DNA of 64,000 bases, taken from contig NC_043017.1 of NCBI RefSeq assembly GCF_006345805.1, forward strand, positions 22,630,001 to 22,694,000. Direction: 5' to 3'. Position numbers and translations under genes: made by a program. The stretch is from Octopus sinensis. Taxonomy: Eukaryota. Shown here one piece after another: positions 51,435-63,298 of this stretch (positions within the stretch are counted from its first letter, which is position 1; each line of letters starts with the position of its first letter). Under the pieces are notes generated by a model. That model was not told where the DNA came from and searched no databases. It saw only the letters and a program-made list of their open reading frames with translations.

Positions 51435-51742
51435 GCCGGTGGCACGTAAACAGCACCATCTGATCGTGGCGTTGCCAGCCTCGCCTGGCCTCCATGCCGG
51501 TGGCACGTAAAAAGCACCATCCGATCGTAACCGTTTGTCAGCCTCGTCTGGCACCTGTGCCAGTGGCACATAAAAAGCACCCACTACACTCATGGAGCAG
51601 TTGGCATTAGGAAGGGCATCCAGCCATAGAAACATTGCCAGATCAGACTGGGCCTGGTGCAGCCTCCTGGCTTCCCAGACTCCAGTTGCACCATCCAACC
51701 CATGCCAGCATGGAAAGCGGACACTAAACGATGATGATGATT
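51435..51742 (+). mobile_element. SINE-like family C, with three ~60-bp internal repeats
   Basis: gtggcac(g/a)taaa(a/c)agcacc x3; aggaagggcatccagcc; taaacgatgatgatg tail. Confidence 0.85.
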
Positions 51743-51896
51743 ATTATTATATTTCTAGAAACAACAGCAACATTAAAAAGAAGGATGTTGCCTACAGTCA
51801 TTGAAATTAAGCAGGTCAATATTTGTGGAGAAAACATTTACAGACTGAGAAAGAGGGGCTCTCTGTTCTAAATGAGCAAGAATCCACAAAGTGTTA

Positions 51897-52432
51897 GGTA
51901 AGATATCATAGGCAAAGACATGGCTGTGTGATAAGAAGCTCACTTCCAAACCACATGGTTCCAAGTTCAGTCTCACTGCATGGCACCTTGGGCAAGTGTT
52001 TTCTACTGTAGCCTCAGGCCGACCAAAGCCTTGTGAATGAATTTAGTAGACAGAAACTGAAAGAAGCCCATTGTAAGGTAAGATATCATAGGCATAAACA
52101 TAGCTGTGTGATAAGCTCACTTTCCAACCACATGGTTCCAAGTTTAGTCCCACTGCACGGCACCTTGGGCAAGTGTCTTCTATAAATGTCTTTATAAGTA
52201 TATAAACGTCTATGTGTGGTTGTCATTGTATCTGTGTTTGTCCCCCATCACCGCTTAACAACCGGTGTTAGTGTGTTTATGTCCCTGTAACTTAGTAGTT
52301 CAGCAAAAGAGACCAGCAACATAAGTATCAGGCTTTAAAATAAGTACTGGGGTCGATTCATACGTCTAAAAGTTCAAGGCAGTGCCCCGGCATGGCCACA
52401 TTTTAGTGACTGAAACATGTAAAAGATAAAAG
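51897..52432 (+). mobile_element. SINE family A with a 179-bp tandem duplication of flank plus head
   Basis: aggtaagatatcatagg at 51897 and 52076. Confidence 0.8.
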
Positions 52433-52560
52433 ACATCAGGCAAGTGTGACACTGTACTAAATACTTTAGATAATAATGAAGTATTTGTTAATAAAGAGTC
52501 AAATAGTTGAACACTGAAGCAAATCTAAGTTTACAGATTAGAGAACAAAATTAGAGAGAA

Positions 52561-52775
52561 AGGCAGTGAGCTGGCATAAACGTTAGCACGCCGGGCGAAG
52601 TGCTAAGCAGTATTTCATCTGCCGTTACGTTCTGAGTTCAAATTCCACTGAGGCCGACTTTGCCTTTCATCCTTTCGAGGTCAATAAATTAAGTACCAGT
52701 TACACACTGGAATCGATGTAATCAACTTAAAACCCTTTGTCTGTCCTTGTTTGTCCCCTCTATGTTTAGCCCCTT
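52561..52775 (+). mobile_element. SINE family B (B1)
   Basis: Matches the B consensus; tail clipped. Confidence 0.85.
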
Positions 52776-53572
52776 GAAATTAGGGAACAAAGCTCTAGCA
52801 AGACAAAGGAAGATTTTGAATCTAAGATATAAAAAGACACGTGAACATAACGAATGATTAACTTGATCGGAGATTTTATACAGTTCAAGGCTTTGTTAAT
52901 GATGAGGGCAACCACATGGCTTTCATTAAAATTCTCGAGGGTAAGTAACAGTAGGAGTGTGTTATGGAAAATTAGGTCTCTGATTGCAGTCTCTCTCTTC
53001 CTTTTAATTTGAAAACTTGTACTAGTGATCAATAATTAGAGAAGGAACTCATAGAGATAAAAGAGAAAATTGTTTATCATTAAATCAATCACTTTTGAGT
53101 AATTGAGAATGACATGGTCAAGTTATTAAATGGCAAGGCCACTTTGGATGGAACACAATGTTGTTGTTGATTATTCTTTTCTCTAAATTGTAGCAGATAC
53201 TGAGAAAAGTAAGAGTTTGTTGAGGGTGAGGACCAGCAGAGAAGCTGACAGTGATATAAGGAATGTTGTCAGGATTAGTCAGTTTGTTTGGCTGAGGTTT
53301 ATGGATTCAGCAAATGTGTGCACATGGAAATGATACAGGTGTGTTCAAAGTAACAAGTTCAAAAGGAAATTTGCGAAGTACATATACAAATTTGTGTTGG
53401 AAGCAAAGCACTCAGCAAATTCATTTCTTTATTGATGTATGCTTTTAGAACCCTTCCCAGCTAAGAAATAGGAAAAGGATTCTATGAAAGTGATTAAGAT
53501 CTATTTTATAAAAGAGCAGAAAATTTGGATAAAATTTTGAGAAATGGGAAATTTTTCAGGTTATGCAGTGTA

Positions 53573-53776
53573 TACTCTTTTACTTGTTTCAGTCATTTGA
53601 CTGCGGCCATGCTGGAGCACCGCCTTTAATCGAGCAACTTGACCATGGGACTTATTCTTTTGTAAGCCCAGTACTTATTCTATCGGTCTCTTTTGCCGAA
53701 CCGCTAAGTAACGGGGACATAAACACACCAGCATCGGTTCTCAAGCAATGCTAGGGGGACAAACACAGACACACAA

Positions 53777-53821
<45 letters not shown>

Positions 53822-53985
53822 CATATATACGACGGGCTTCTTTCAGTTTCTGCCTACCAAATCCACTCACAAGGCTTTGGTCGGCCCGAGGCTATAGTAG
53901 AAGACACTTGCCCAAGGTGCCACGCAGTGGGACTGAACCCGGAACCATGTGGTTGGTAAACAAGCTACTTACCACACAGCCACTC
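53573..53985 (-). mobile_element. SINE family A, full length
   Basis: Reverse of the A consensus. Confidence 0.9.
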
Positions 53986-54404
53986 TTTCACATGTCTCTT
54001 TATCCTTTGTATTTCTTTTATGTTTCTTGCACCTTCTCATCTCTTTTTCAAGTATCTCTCATTCACTTTTTTTTTTGATGTAGTGCATCTATCTCTCACA
54101 CATCTCTCATTCAATGCTTGTCTTTTTCCTTCTTTGTGTCTTTCACTTAACATCTCTTTAAACAAACCAAAAAGAAATACATTTATTTAGCAGTCTCCTG
54201 CCCCCACCCCCTTTTTTTACCACATGGAAAGAATGAGTGGAGAGAAATAACTCAGGTAGCCTTCAGCATAAAAGACAAACAGTTAAGTCATCAACATCAT
54301 TTTAATTGCATTTTATTGAAAATAGGGTCAGAAATGGGTTGAATTAATAAAAAAAAACATATTTTTGGCTCACAGTATTAAATATGTTAAGACCAAATTC
54401 ACAG

Positions 54405-54571
54405 TATAGACGCAGGAGTGGCTGTGTGGTAAGTAGCTTGCTCACCAACCACATGGTTCCGGGTTCAGTCCCGCTGCGTGGCATCTTGGGCAAGTGTCTT
54501 CTGCTATAGCCCCGGGCCGACCAATGCCTTGTGAGTGGATTTGGTAGACAGAAACTGAAAGAAGCCTGTCG

Positions 54572-54602
<31 letters not shown>

Positions 54603-54832
54603 ATGTATGTGCGTGTATGTGTTTGTGTGTCTGTGTTTGTCCCCCTAGCATTGCTTGACAACCGATGCTGGTGTGTTTACGTCCCCGTAACTTAGTGGTT
54701 CGGCAAAAAGAGACCGATAGAATAAGTACTGGGCTTACAAAGACTAAGTCCCGGGATCGATTTGCTCGACTAAAGGCGGTGCTCCAGCATGGCCGCAGTC
54801 AAATGACTGAAACAAATAAAAGAGTAAAAGAG
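54405..54832 (+). mobile_element. SINE family A, full length
   Basis: Matches the A consensus. Confidence 0.9.
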
Positions 54833-55537
54833 TATTAGTTTAACCTGAAGTCTTTAATAAAACACTCCAGTCCTAATAAATATTTTCTCTTTTACATTCT
54901 CTCCTTTGGACCCTGTTATTGTTCACTTGTTCATGTTGTCTCTATTGAGTTCTTGTTACAAATGCTTTGATTTTGGTTATAGCTATTGTTTATATTTATA
55001 CCAATTCCAGTTTTGGTTATACTTTTCTGTTGTTCTTGCTATTATTCTTGCTGTTCAATTACAATTATTGTTGTGGCTTTTGTTGCAACTGTTATTATTT
55101 TTTTTTTCATCTGTTACATTTGGTATTGACATTGTTCCTGTTGTGGCCATCACTATCGTTTAATTGCGTTGCTATTATTTTGTTTCTGAAAATGCTATCT
55201 TTCGTGTTGTTAATATCTCCATCATTTATTACTGCCAATGCCTTTCTTTTCTTTCTTCTGGGTTTTTGCTTTTGTTTGTTTGTTTTTGCTGAAGTCCTTA
55301 GTCCCTTATACTTGTGCCTTTGTCTTTCACATTGGCAATCAGAATTAAATGAAGGCTGATTTGAGTTTACCAATCACCCAGTTTACTGAAACCTGACATG
55401 TACTGATAAGATTATGCACACCTACAATATAGAAAACATGTTGTAATGCTCAAATGATTTGAACCTAGAGTCTGGAGTTTTAATCAAGGACTAAGTCCAT
55501 GGGGTAAGAATTTAGAAAATTCCAGGTACATATATAC

Positions 55538-55755
55538 CACCAAGGTGGCAAGCTGGCAGAATTGTTAGCACACTGGGCAAGATGCTTAGTGGCGTTTCAT
55601 CCATCTTTACATTCTGAGTTCAAACTCCACTGAGGTTGACTTTGCCTTTCATCCTTTCAGGGTCAATAAATTAAGTACCAGTTGAGCACTGGGGTTGATG
55701 TAATCAATTTACCCCTTTCCCTGAAATTACTGGCCTTGTACTAAGATTCGAAAGC
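55538..55755 (+). mobile_element. SINE family B (B2)
   Basis: aaggtggcaagctggcagaattgttagc head; B2 tail. Confidence 0.8.
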
Positions 55756-56269
55756 AATATATGTAAATATCTACATGCTTGTATGTAAGTGTCTATCTTA
55801 TGAATATTTCCAATTTTTGTATACAGTAATCCCCTTGTGATATCATGGTTCACCTATCGTAGTTTATTATTTAAGGTTATGCTGATTCCTCTGTGGTGTT
55901 GTTTTGCCATTATGATAAAATAAGTGTACACAAATTATAAAAATAATTTTAAAAAACATACAGTCCCTTTTCTATTTTGCAGATTTTCACCTATTGCAGG
56001 GGTTTTGGGAATGTAGCACCCGTGATAGCTGAGGAATTACTGCATGCATGCATGCATGCATGCATGCATGCATGTATGTATGTATGTATGTATGTATGTA
56101 TGTATGTATGTATGTATGTATGTATGTATGTATTCATGTATGTATGTATGTAGGTATGTATGTATGTAGGTATGTAGATAGATAGATAGATCATATATTT
56201 ATATTCATTACTATAATGATATATATATCATTAGAGTAATGATATAATGATATCATTATTATGTAATGC

Positions 56270-56597
56270 CATGTAAAAAGCACCATTCAAGTGTTGGGCC
56301 TTATGGAGGCAGTGACAGGTAACCAAGACCTTTGGGGATATACCATGCTGTGTAGACCTGTCAACCAAGTGAGACCACAATCGTGGCCAATGTCAGGTCA
56401 ATGGCACTCATGTCAGTGGCACATAAAAAACACCCACTACACTCTTGGAGTGGTTGGTGTTAGGAAGAGCATCCAGCTGTAGAAACACTGCCTGATCAGA
56501 CTGGAGCCTGGTGCAGCCTCCTGGCTTCCCAGATCCTGGTCAAACTGTCCAACCCATGCTAGCACGGAAAACGAATGTTAAACGATGATGATGATGA
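56270..56597 (+). mobile_element. SINE-like family C
   Basis: gttaggaagagcatccagc ... ttaaacgatgatgatgatg. Confidence 0.8.
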
Positions 56598-56622
56598 GAT
56601 ATATATATATATATATATATAT

Positions 56623-56830
56623 ACATAGTTAATCCAAACAAGAAAGCACAAAAAAACACAACAACGCGAGGACATGGAACAAATATAGTATTACTGGACG
56701 CTCAGGAAAGAAGGAAAGAAGGAGGGTTTAACGTTTCGAGCGGAGATCTTCATCGGAAAAATAGGAGAAGGAAAGATCCAGAGAAGGGAAGACAGAAGAA
56801 AAAAAATCGTCAACGGTACACACGCGATCA
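56623..56830 (-). mobile_element. TA-embedded short module carrying a hammerhead-like motif
   Basis: Flanked by TA tracts; shares tatta..acgctcaggaa and acgtttcgagc with the 19.7/36.7 kb family. Confidence 0.7.
56727..56759 (-). ncRNA. Minimal hammerhead-like motif, CCGAUGA core
   Basis: UUU CCGAUGA A GAUC-UCC-GCUC GAAA CG UU AAA; palindromic ACGU stem III. Confidence 0.55.
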
Positions 56831-57454
56831 CATTTTGAATATATATACCTATGAGTAAACATGTCTATATGTGTAGATATTCTTCAGTATGAATAAATAG
56901 ACAGACACCTATAAGTGCTATAAATGTATATTTCTACAAGAAACAGGCAACAGACAGAAATAAACAAAGACAAAGGAACAGAAAGAGAGAAATAGAAACA
57001 GAGGCCAAAGAACTAGGAATCAATAGTTACACTGACATTAATGAATTCATTTCCCATGGGTTAAGAAATCTATTTTTAATCAGAAGCTAACCCTCTTGTA
57101 TAAAGTTAATAGCCATTTCACACTTAAAAATAAATGCTGCATTTGAAATGTAAAGGTTTATATTTGTTTGTTTTATTTATGCAGAAAACTTTGTTTTGCT
57201 TTTTTTTTCTGCAACAAAGAGGGGAGTTTATTCTAAGTTTATATCAGAATCTGACTGACTAATATATTATTCATGAACCCTACAAAGGGGTAAACTACCA
57301 AAATAGATGTCCACAAGTTCTGATTTCAGAAATATGAACCATCAACACTAGACATTACAAACAACATACAACCATGGCTGTAAATAATATCTGGAAAGAG
57401 GTGCAGTGATCAAGTGGTTAAGGGGCTAGGCTCAAACCTTTACAAACACTATTT

Positions 57455-57690
57455 GTTATCTATATGTTTTTTTTTTTCAGTCTGTGGCCATACTGGGGCA
57501 CTGTCTTCAAGAATTTTTAGTCGAATAAATGAGGCCCAGAAACTCGTTTTTCTTTTGAAAGCCTGGTCCTTATTCTATCAATCTCTTTTGTTGAACTGCT
57601 AGGTTACAGGGACGAAAACACATCAACATCAGTTGTCAAGTAGTGGTGGGGGACCAATACAAAGACATACGCACACACGTACATATATGT
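57455..57690 (-). mobile_element. SINE family A, 3' half, older
   Basis: ttattctatcaatctcttttgttgaactgctagg. Confidence 0.7.
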
Positions 57691-57693
57691 GTA

Positions 57694-57907
57694 CGGTGGG
57701 TACTGCAAAATTCTTGGCCTTAAGGGCATTGCAAAAAGGCCTGGTTGGAAGCCCAACCTTCTGAGTTCTTTTACAAGGCTTAGATAAACTCAAGGACCAC
57801 TGTAATAAGAGTGTGACTCTGAGAGGGGAATATGTTGAATAAAATCATAATTAATTAATCCTCCTGTATTTTCTTTTACCCAAAGCCAGGTACTTTTCAA
57901 CATAGCC

Positions 57908-57910
<3 letters not shown>
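57694..57910 (+). mobile_element. mariner internal-deletion derivative
   Basis: Degenerate ~29-bp TIRs; retains the transposase end GLDKLKDHCNKSVTLRGEYVE* (stop 57840-57842). Confidence 0.7.
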
Positions 57911-57939
<29 letters not shown>

Positions 57940-57944
57940 TTCAA

Positions 57945-58025
57945 ATTTATAGAAAAATAAGATGAAGACAGGTGTAGGAATAACAAGCAAGTGTATTAGT
58001 TTCACGCTCGAGAAAAATGGAAAAT
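57945..58025 (-). mobile_element. Truncated relative of the 19.7/36.7 kb module (no ribozyme part)
   Basis: agatgaagacaggtg ... gtgtattagtttcacgctc. Confidence 0.5.
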
Positions 58026-58248
58026 ATATATATATATCATAATGAATCAGTTTAAAGAAAACAGAGAATATCCAATTTTTTTGTCAGGTATGACAATATC
58101 CGAGGAATAGGTAAAAAAGCCAATTGAGAGTACATAAACCCACATATGCAAACCAGCATTATCAATCAGCAGAAGAGCATATTGGTACCCACTTGGATTA
58201 TATATCCTCATCAACCAAAAAATTTTGAAAATTTTGCAACCTTGACTA

Positions 58249-58282
<34 letters not shown>

Positions 58283-58289
58283 GGTATAC

Positions 58290-58460
58290 ATATATATATG
58301 ATGGGCTTCTTTTAGTTTCTGTTTACTAAATCTACTCACAAGGCTTCGGTCAGCCTGAGGTTACAGTAGAAGACACTAAATGCATCGCACTGTGGGACTG
58401 ATCTTGGAACTAACTATGTGATTGAGAAGCAAACTTCTTACCACACAGCCACACCTGCGT
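58290..58460 (-). mobile_element. SINE family A, 5' half
   Basis: ctactcacaaggcttcggtcagcc ... cttaccacacagccac. Confidence 0.7.
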
Positions 58461-59215
58461 GATATTTATATTTATATTTATCTGAATCAAAACAACTGAA
58501 AATGTATACTGTTTACATTTTATATTTGAATGTTAGATTGGTCAATGGATTACTGCAGTACTAACAGTGTTTTTGTTTTAATACTCCACTGTACCATAGA
58601 GTGTGTCCATAGAGCTTTTAGCATCTTTATGAACATAAATATTCATACATACATACGTAAATAGAGGGATTAGTTGGATTAACTTCAGTCCTGAATTGGG
58701 ATTTCAAAAATCTTGTATGCTGCTCCTCTGCTGCCACATCAAATAATTTACGATAATGTATGTAAGATATTCTCTTCACAAAAACCAGAGAATCCAAGCA
58801 AGCATACAAGACAAGCAAAGATAAAACTGCTAAAACAGAAGGATTAATCCATCAAGGCAGACATTTTCAACTGCAGCACCCTGGCACACATTTTGAACTG
58901 CTGCACCATGGCACACATTATATGTATGGTTCACAGATGTACCAGGAGCTTTTGAGTGAGATGAGAAATACCAGGGTATTTAGAAAACAGCCATGTTTTT
59001 AGTGTACCATACAAGTAAATGTGTATTGTTTGGTGGCAAAGTGCACTGTGTGTGGTCATCTTTGGTTAAAACAATTTTAAGGCATGTTTCTTTTTTTAAT
59101 ATATTATTGAAACATATGCAGGGTTGGGTATTTAAGAAGTTTGTTTTGCAGTCATGTGTCATAGATTCAAGAAATACACAAAAGCCGTTCGATTCACTTC
59201 AACATTTAAGTTTAA

Positions 59216-59266
59216 TTTGTCAAAATATTTTCGTTGCTTTAAGACCGCGACCTGTTCACTGACAAA
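59216..59266 (-). ncRNA. Minimal hammerhead-like motif with G3:C8 swap (left copy)
   Basis: UUUGUCA GUGAACA G GUCGC-GGUCUUAAA-GCAAC GAAA AUAU UU UGACAAA. Confidence 0.6.
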
Positions 59267-59288
59267 AATCCGTGCTGCATCTCGGATT

Positions 59289-59339
59289 TTTGTCAGTGAA
59301 CAGGTCGCGGTCTTAAAGTGACGAAAATATTTTGACAAA
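59289..59339 (+). ncRNA. Minimal hammerhead-like motif with G3:C8 swap (right copy)
   Basis: UUUGUCA GUGAACA G GUCGC-GGUCUUAAA-GUGAC GAAA AUAU UU UGACAAA. 7-bp stem I, 5-bp stem II, palindromic AAUAUU stem III. Confidence 0.65.
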
Positions 59340-60866
59340 TTAAACTTAAATGTTGAAGTGAATCGAAGGGCTTTTGTGTGTTTCTTAAATGGCTTACAAA
59401 CACCTTCCACGCTGCAATTGTTTTCGTTCCAGCACACGATCTCAGATCAAATCACTTGGTATGCAAGTACATCTCCGTAATTCTGTCATAGATTCATCCC
59501 ACTGCAAGGCCCTGAGCTGACCAATGCTTTCTCAGTAAATTTTGTAGAAAGAAAATGTACAAAGCATGTCTTATGTGATTATGTGTGTATGTGTGCATGT
59601 GTGTGTGGGGGAAGAAGGGAGGGATTGTTTGTGTGTACAGATGCATATGAATGTGCACATTCTGCACTAAAAAAATATCACTAATCTATGGACATTATTC
59701 TTTCTTTGTCATTTCTTTGTCAACAAATTGTCCCCTTGCTCTGTATTTTTGAAGGTAAGTGAAATAAAAACACCTGGAACCTTGGATACTCTTTGGTGAG
59801 AGGAAGGAAGTTGAAGCAAATGCATCCACTCCGCTGGAAGTGTTTGAGTCACCTTTTCTTCTCACACCACTGTCCTAGACCCTGAAAGGGGTTATGAGCA
59901 CCAACCAACCTCCTAATTAAGTAATAAAAATAATCTAATTTCCAAACAGATTTCTCTATGAAATTTTTGTTGGTTTATCAGATGGTTGTCCTATGTAACT
60001 ACAACCGAACCACAAAGAAGCCTCAGTGTCAATGGTTGACTTGCTAGAAGTAGCAGATAAATATCCCACAAATCATAGCCAATGTCTTAAAAATGTAAAG
60101 AAGCATTGAATAGTAAAAGGCTTAGATACAGTGTCAGAAAAAAAGACAGGCAGAGGGTCATAGCTAGAGTGTTTTTGATCATAGATCTGCACAATAAGGG
60201 CTGGTCTCGAACTAACACCAGTTGAGTAAAAAAAAGACCCTTTTTTTTTTTTGAATTACCTGTGATAGTTATTCTGAATCGTATGACTGTTTCATAGACT
60301 GAAATGTTGGAAATGCAGCATTAAAAGGGTTAGATTGGTTGGCAATTGAATTTCACCTGGAATACTAAGACAAAGAAACCATTACAAATGCTCCAAGCAG
60401 AAGTAAGCGTAAAAGTGCTAAGTAACATTAAGGAATTTTACTTGCGAAAATAAAGAAATTCTAGATAGTAATTGTAGTTGCTGGTCCATTTATATTTACA
60501 TGAATGAACCATGACAGACGGTACTTTAAAAACAGTAAAGCCACGTTAGAGAAGTGAATACTTAATTTACACTTTTAAAAGCTTCATCTCAAGAGAAATT
60601 TATGGCAGTATTTTTGAGTATTCCTTTAGCATGAGGATAGATATTTATAACACTTCAGATGCACTCTGACGTCGAACCTAGTTGATAGTGCACTTCTATA
60701 CAAATGAAATAATTTCTTGTGAGGAGTCGGTTGTTATAGTGAAGAACGCATAGGAATATGTGACACTCATGCTAGAGTAGGATATGTGATGTTAAATTCA
60801 AATTTTATCCGAAAGCTTTTTTTGTTGTGTGTTCAATTTTATTTTATTCACTTATAAAGGAAAAAG

Positions 60867-61170
60867 TATCATCATCATCATCATTTGATATCTGCTTTCC
60901 ATGCTGGCATGGTTTGAACAGTTTGACAGGAGCTGGGAAGCCTGGGAGGTGCACACCAGGTTCCAGTTGCTTGTTTTGGCCTGCTTTCTATGGCTGGATG
61001 CCCTTCCTAATGCCAACTACTTTTAAAAGTGTGCTGGGTGCTTGCTTTTTTTACGCAGCACCAGTGCTTTTATATGTGACATCAGAACTGGTGCTTTGTG
61101 CATGGCATCAGCATGGGTGCTTTTTACGTGGCACCAGCACAGGTGCTTTTTGCATGGAACCATAAAGCTG
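60867..61170 (-). mobile_element. SINE-like family C
   Basis: (CAT)n start; ctggatgcccttcctaatgccaac core. Confidence 0.8.
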
Positions 61171-61259
61171 GGAGAAATACTGCTGAGCAATTTGTCCAGT
61201 GTACTAATGATTCTGCCAGCCTGCTGTCTTACTAATAATTATAATCCTTTCTACTATAG

Positions 61260-61517
61260 CAGTTATTCTCAACCAGGGTCCATATAAGAATTTTGGAGAT
61301 CCTCCAAACAAAAGAGTAAATTAGGGTTCCACATTAGTAGGCGAGGAGTGGCTGTGTGGTAAGTAGCTTACTTATTAACCACATGGTTCCGAGTTTTGTC
61401 CCACTGCATGGCACCTTGGGCAAGTGTCTTCTACTATAGCCTCGGGCCGACCAAAGCCTTGTGAGTGGATTTGGTAGACAGAAACTGAAAGAAGCCCGTC
61501 GTATATATGTATGTATG

Positions 61518-61548
<31 letters not shown>

Positions 61549-62009
61549 TATATATATGTATGTATGTATGTGTGTGTGTGTGTTTGTGTGTCTGTGTTTG
61601 TCCCCCCAAGATCAACTGATGCTAGTGTGTTTATGTCCCCGTAACTTAGCGGTTCGGCAAAAGAGACCAATAGAATAAGTACTAGGCTTCCAAAGAATAA
61701 ATCCTGGGGTCAATTTGCTTGACTAAAGGCGGTGCTCCAGCATGACCACAGTCAAATGACTGAAAGAAGTAAAAGAATAAAAGAGAGAGAATAGTATTTT
61801 ATGGGCCTTTGAAAAAATTTTGCAAGAAATAGCTTGGTTTCTTTCTGTGGCATTTTACATAATTCAACCTTCACAAGTTAATGTGTTAAAAGCAAAATAG
61901 GAATTTTGAAAGAAATTTCTATAAAACTAGTTTTTAAACATTGAATAGCTACAGGGTCCACCAGAATAAAATAGGAATCAAAGGGGTCCATAGATAAAAA
62001 GAACCCCTG
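61260..62009. mobile_element. hAT-type MITE containing a SINE A insertion
   Basis: cagttattctcaacc ... gaacccctg; TSD tactatag / ttctatag (7/8 match). Confidence 0.7.
61336..61787 (+). mobile_element. SINE family A, full length
   Basis: Matches the A consensus. Confidence 0.9.
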
Positions 62010-62979
62010 TTCTATAGGCACAAACCTGAAATATTTTGGAGGAAGGGGCTTAGTTGATTATATTGACACCGATACTAGACTGGTATGTAATTCACTGACC
62101 CTGAAAGGTCGAAGGGCAAATAATAATAATAAAAGTAATGATGCTAGTTTTAAAAAACCAGCTTTTACTATACTTTGATTGAGTAGTATCATTGTTTCAT
62201 GACAGTGGTCACACGGGCAAATATAATAGCTTCAGTTGTTGTTACCATAACAATATCATCTACTGAGTCCGCAGTTGAAAATTCATGTGAAGTGGCAAGG
62301 CAGATGTGAGAGAAAGAGAATGGTAATTTATAATTTATATATAAATTACCATTAAATCATATATGATTTAATACATTATTGAGGGAGGGAATAGGAGACA
62401 GGAAGATTCCAGCACTTTGCTTAGTGAATTAAAAACTGATTACTTTTAGTATCATTATGGAAATATATATTGATAAATTGATTATATTAATTGGCCTGTC
62501 AATTAGGCTGATTGGTCAATTGATTTAATATTATATTTAGGGGAAAATAAAATGTGAAGAAGGGAATTGTCTTTACTATCAACTTAACACCTCTCCAAAC
62601 CCCACAGTCCCATGAGATAACCCTTAGCAATACATATTGCCATCTTTAAAGCCCAAACAGGCTGACATTTTGTCTCTGACCCAGCAATTTTCGGTAGACC
62701 TATTCATTAATTAAGTGCCAGGAATATTTATTTCTCCCAAAACACAAGTCCCCAGAGAAATATCAAGAGAGTGAATTATAGCCCATTTCAGTCATCTTTC
62801 TTCAGTTTCTGTTTCAAGGTTTCTTGGCCATGACATTAGCATAGCGGGGATTGTTATAAATACCTTTCAGCCAACCAATATATTTACTGTTTGCAGAGAG
62901 AATAAAAGAAACGAGGGCCAGGAAGCATCAATGTTTAAAATGGTTAATGAATTGGCAAACACAAAAATGTGCTTCAGTG

Positions 62980-63010
<31 letters not shown>

Positions 63011-63298
63011 GAAATGTTGGAAAAGTAAATGCTGAGACGTTAAGAGTAATTGTTTTCTGAATTGTGAATTATTGTGGGAATAAATACTGTAAAAGCAGGA
63101 AAGTTTTATTGTACATCTATATTCAAATTTAATTCTGACAATAAATAAACTGTTATGCGATAATTTGTCCCTGCTTAATTTATGAATGCTTTTTGATGCC
63201 GTCAGGTGCTCAGCTGGTTTGAAACTTTCGGTGCTTTCACCACAGCAGACAAAGAACTGCTTAGAAATAACCACATACACATATAGATATATGAGAGA

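Larger units (their letters stand above)
59165..59390. repeat. Near-perfect hairpin, 104-bp core arms (59169-59272 / 59283-59386), 10-nt loop
   Basis: Only 4 mismatches in 104 bp; extends 4 bp further with one more mismatch. Confidence 0.95.

Noticed and set aside
54906-55373. Hydrophobic 85-130 aa ORFs
   Set aside because: Low-complexity T/G-rich degenerate repeat.
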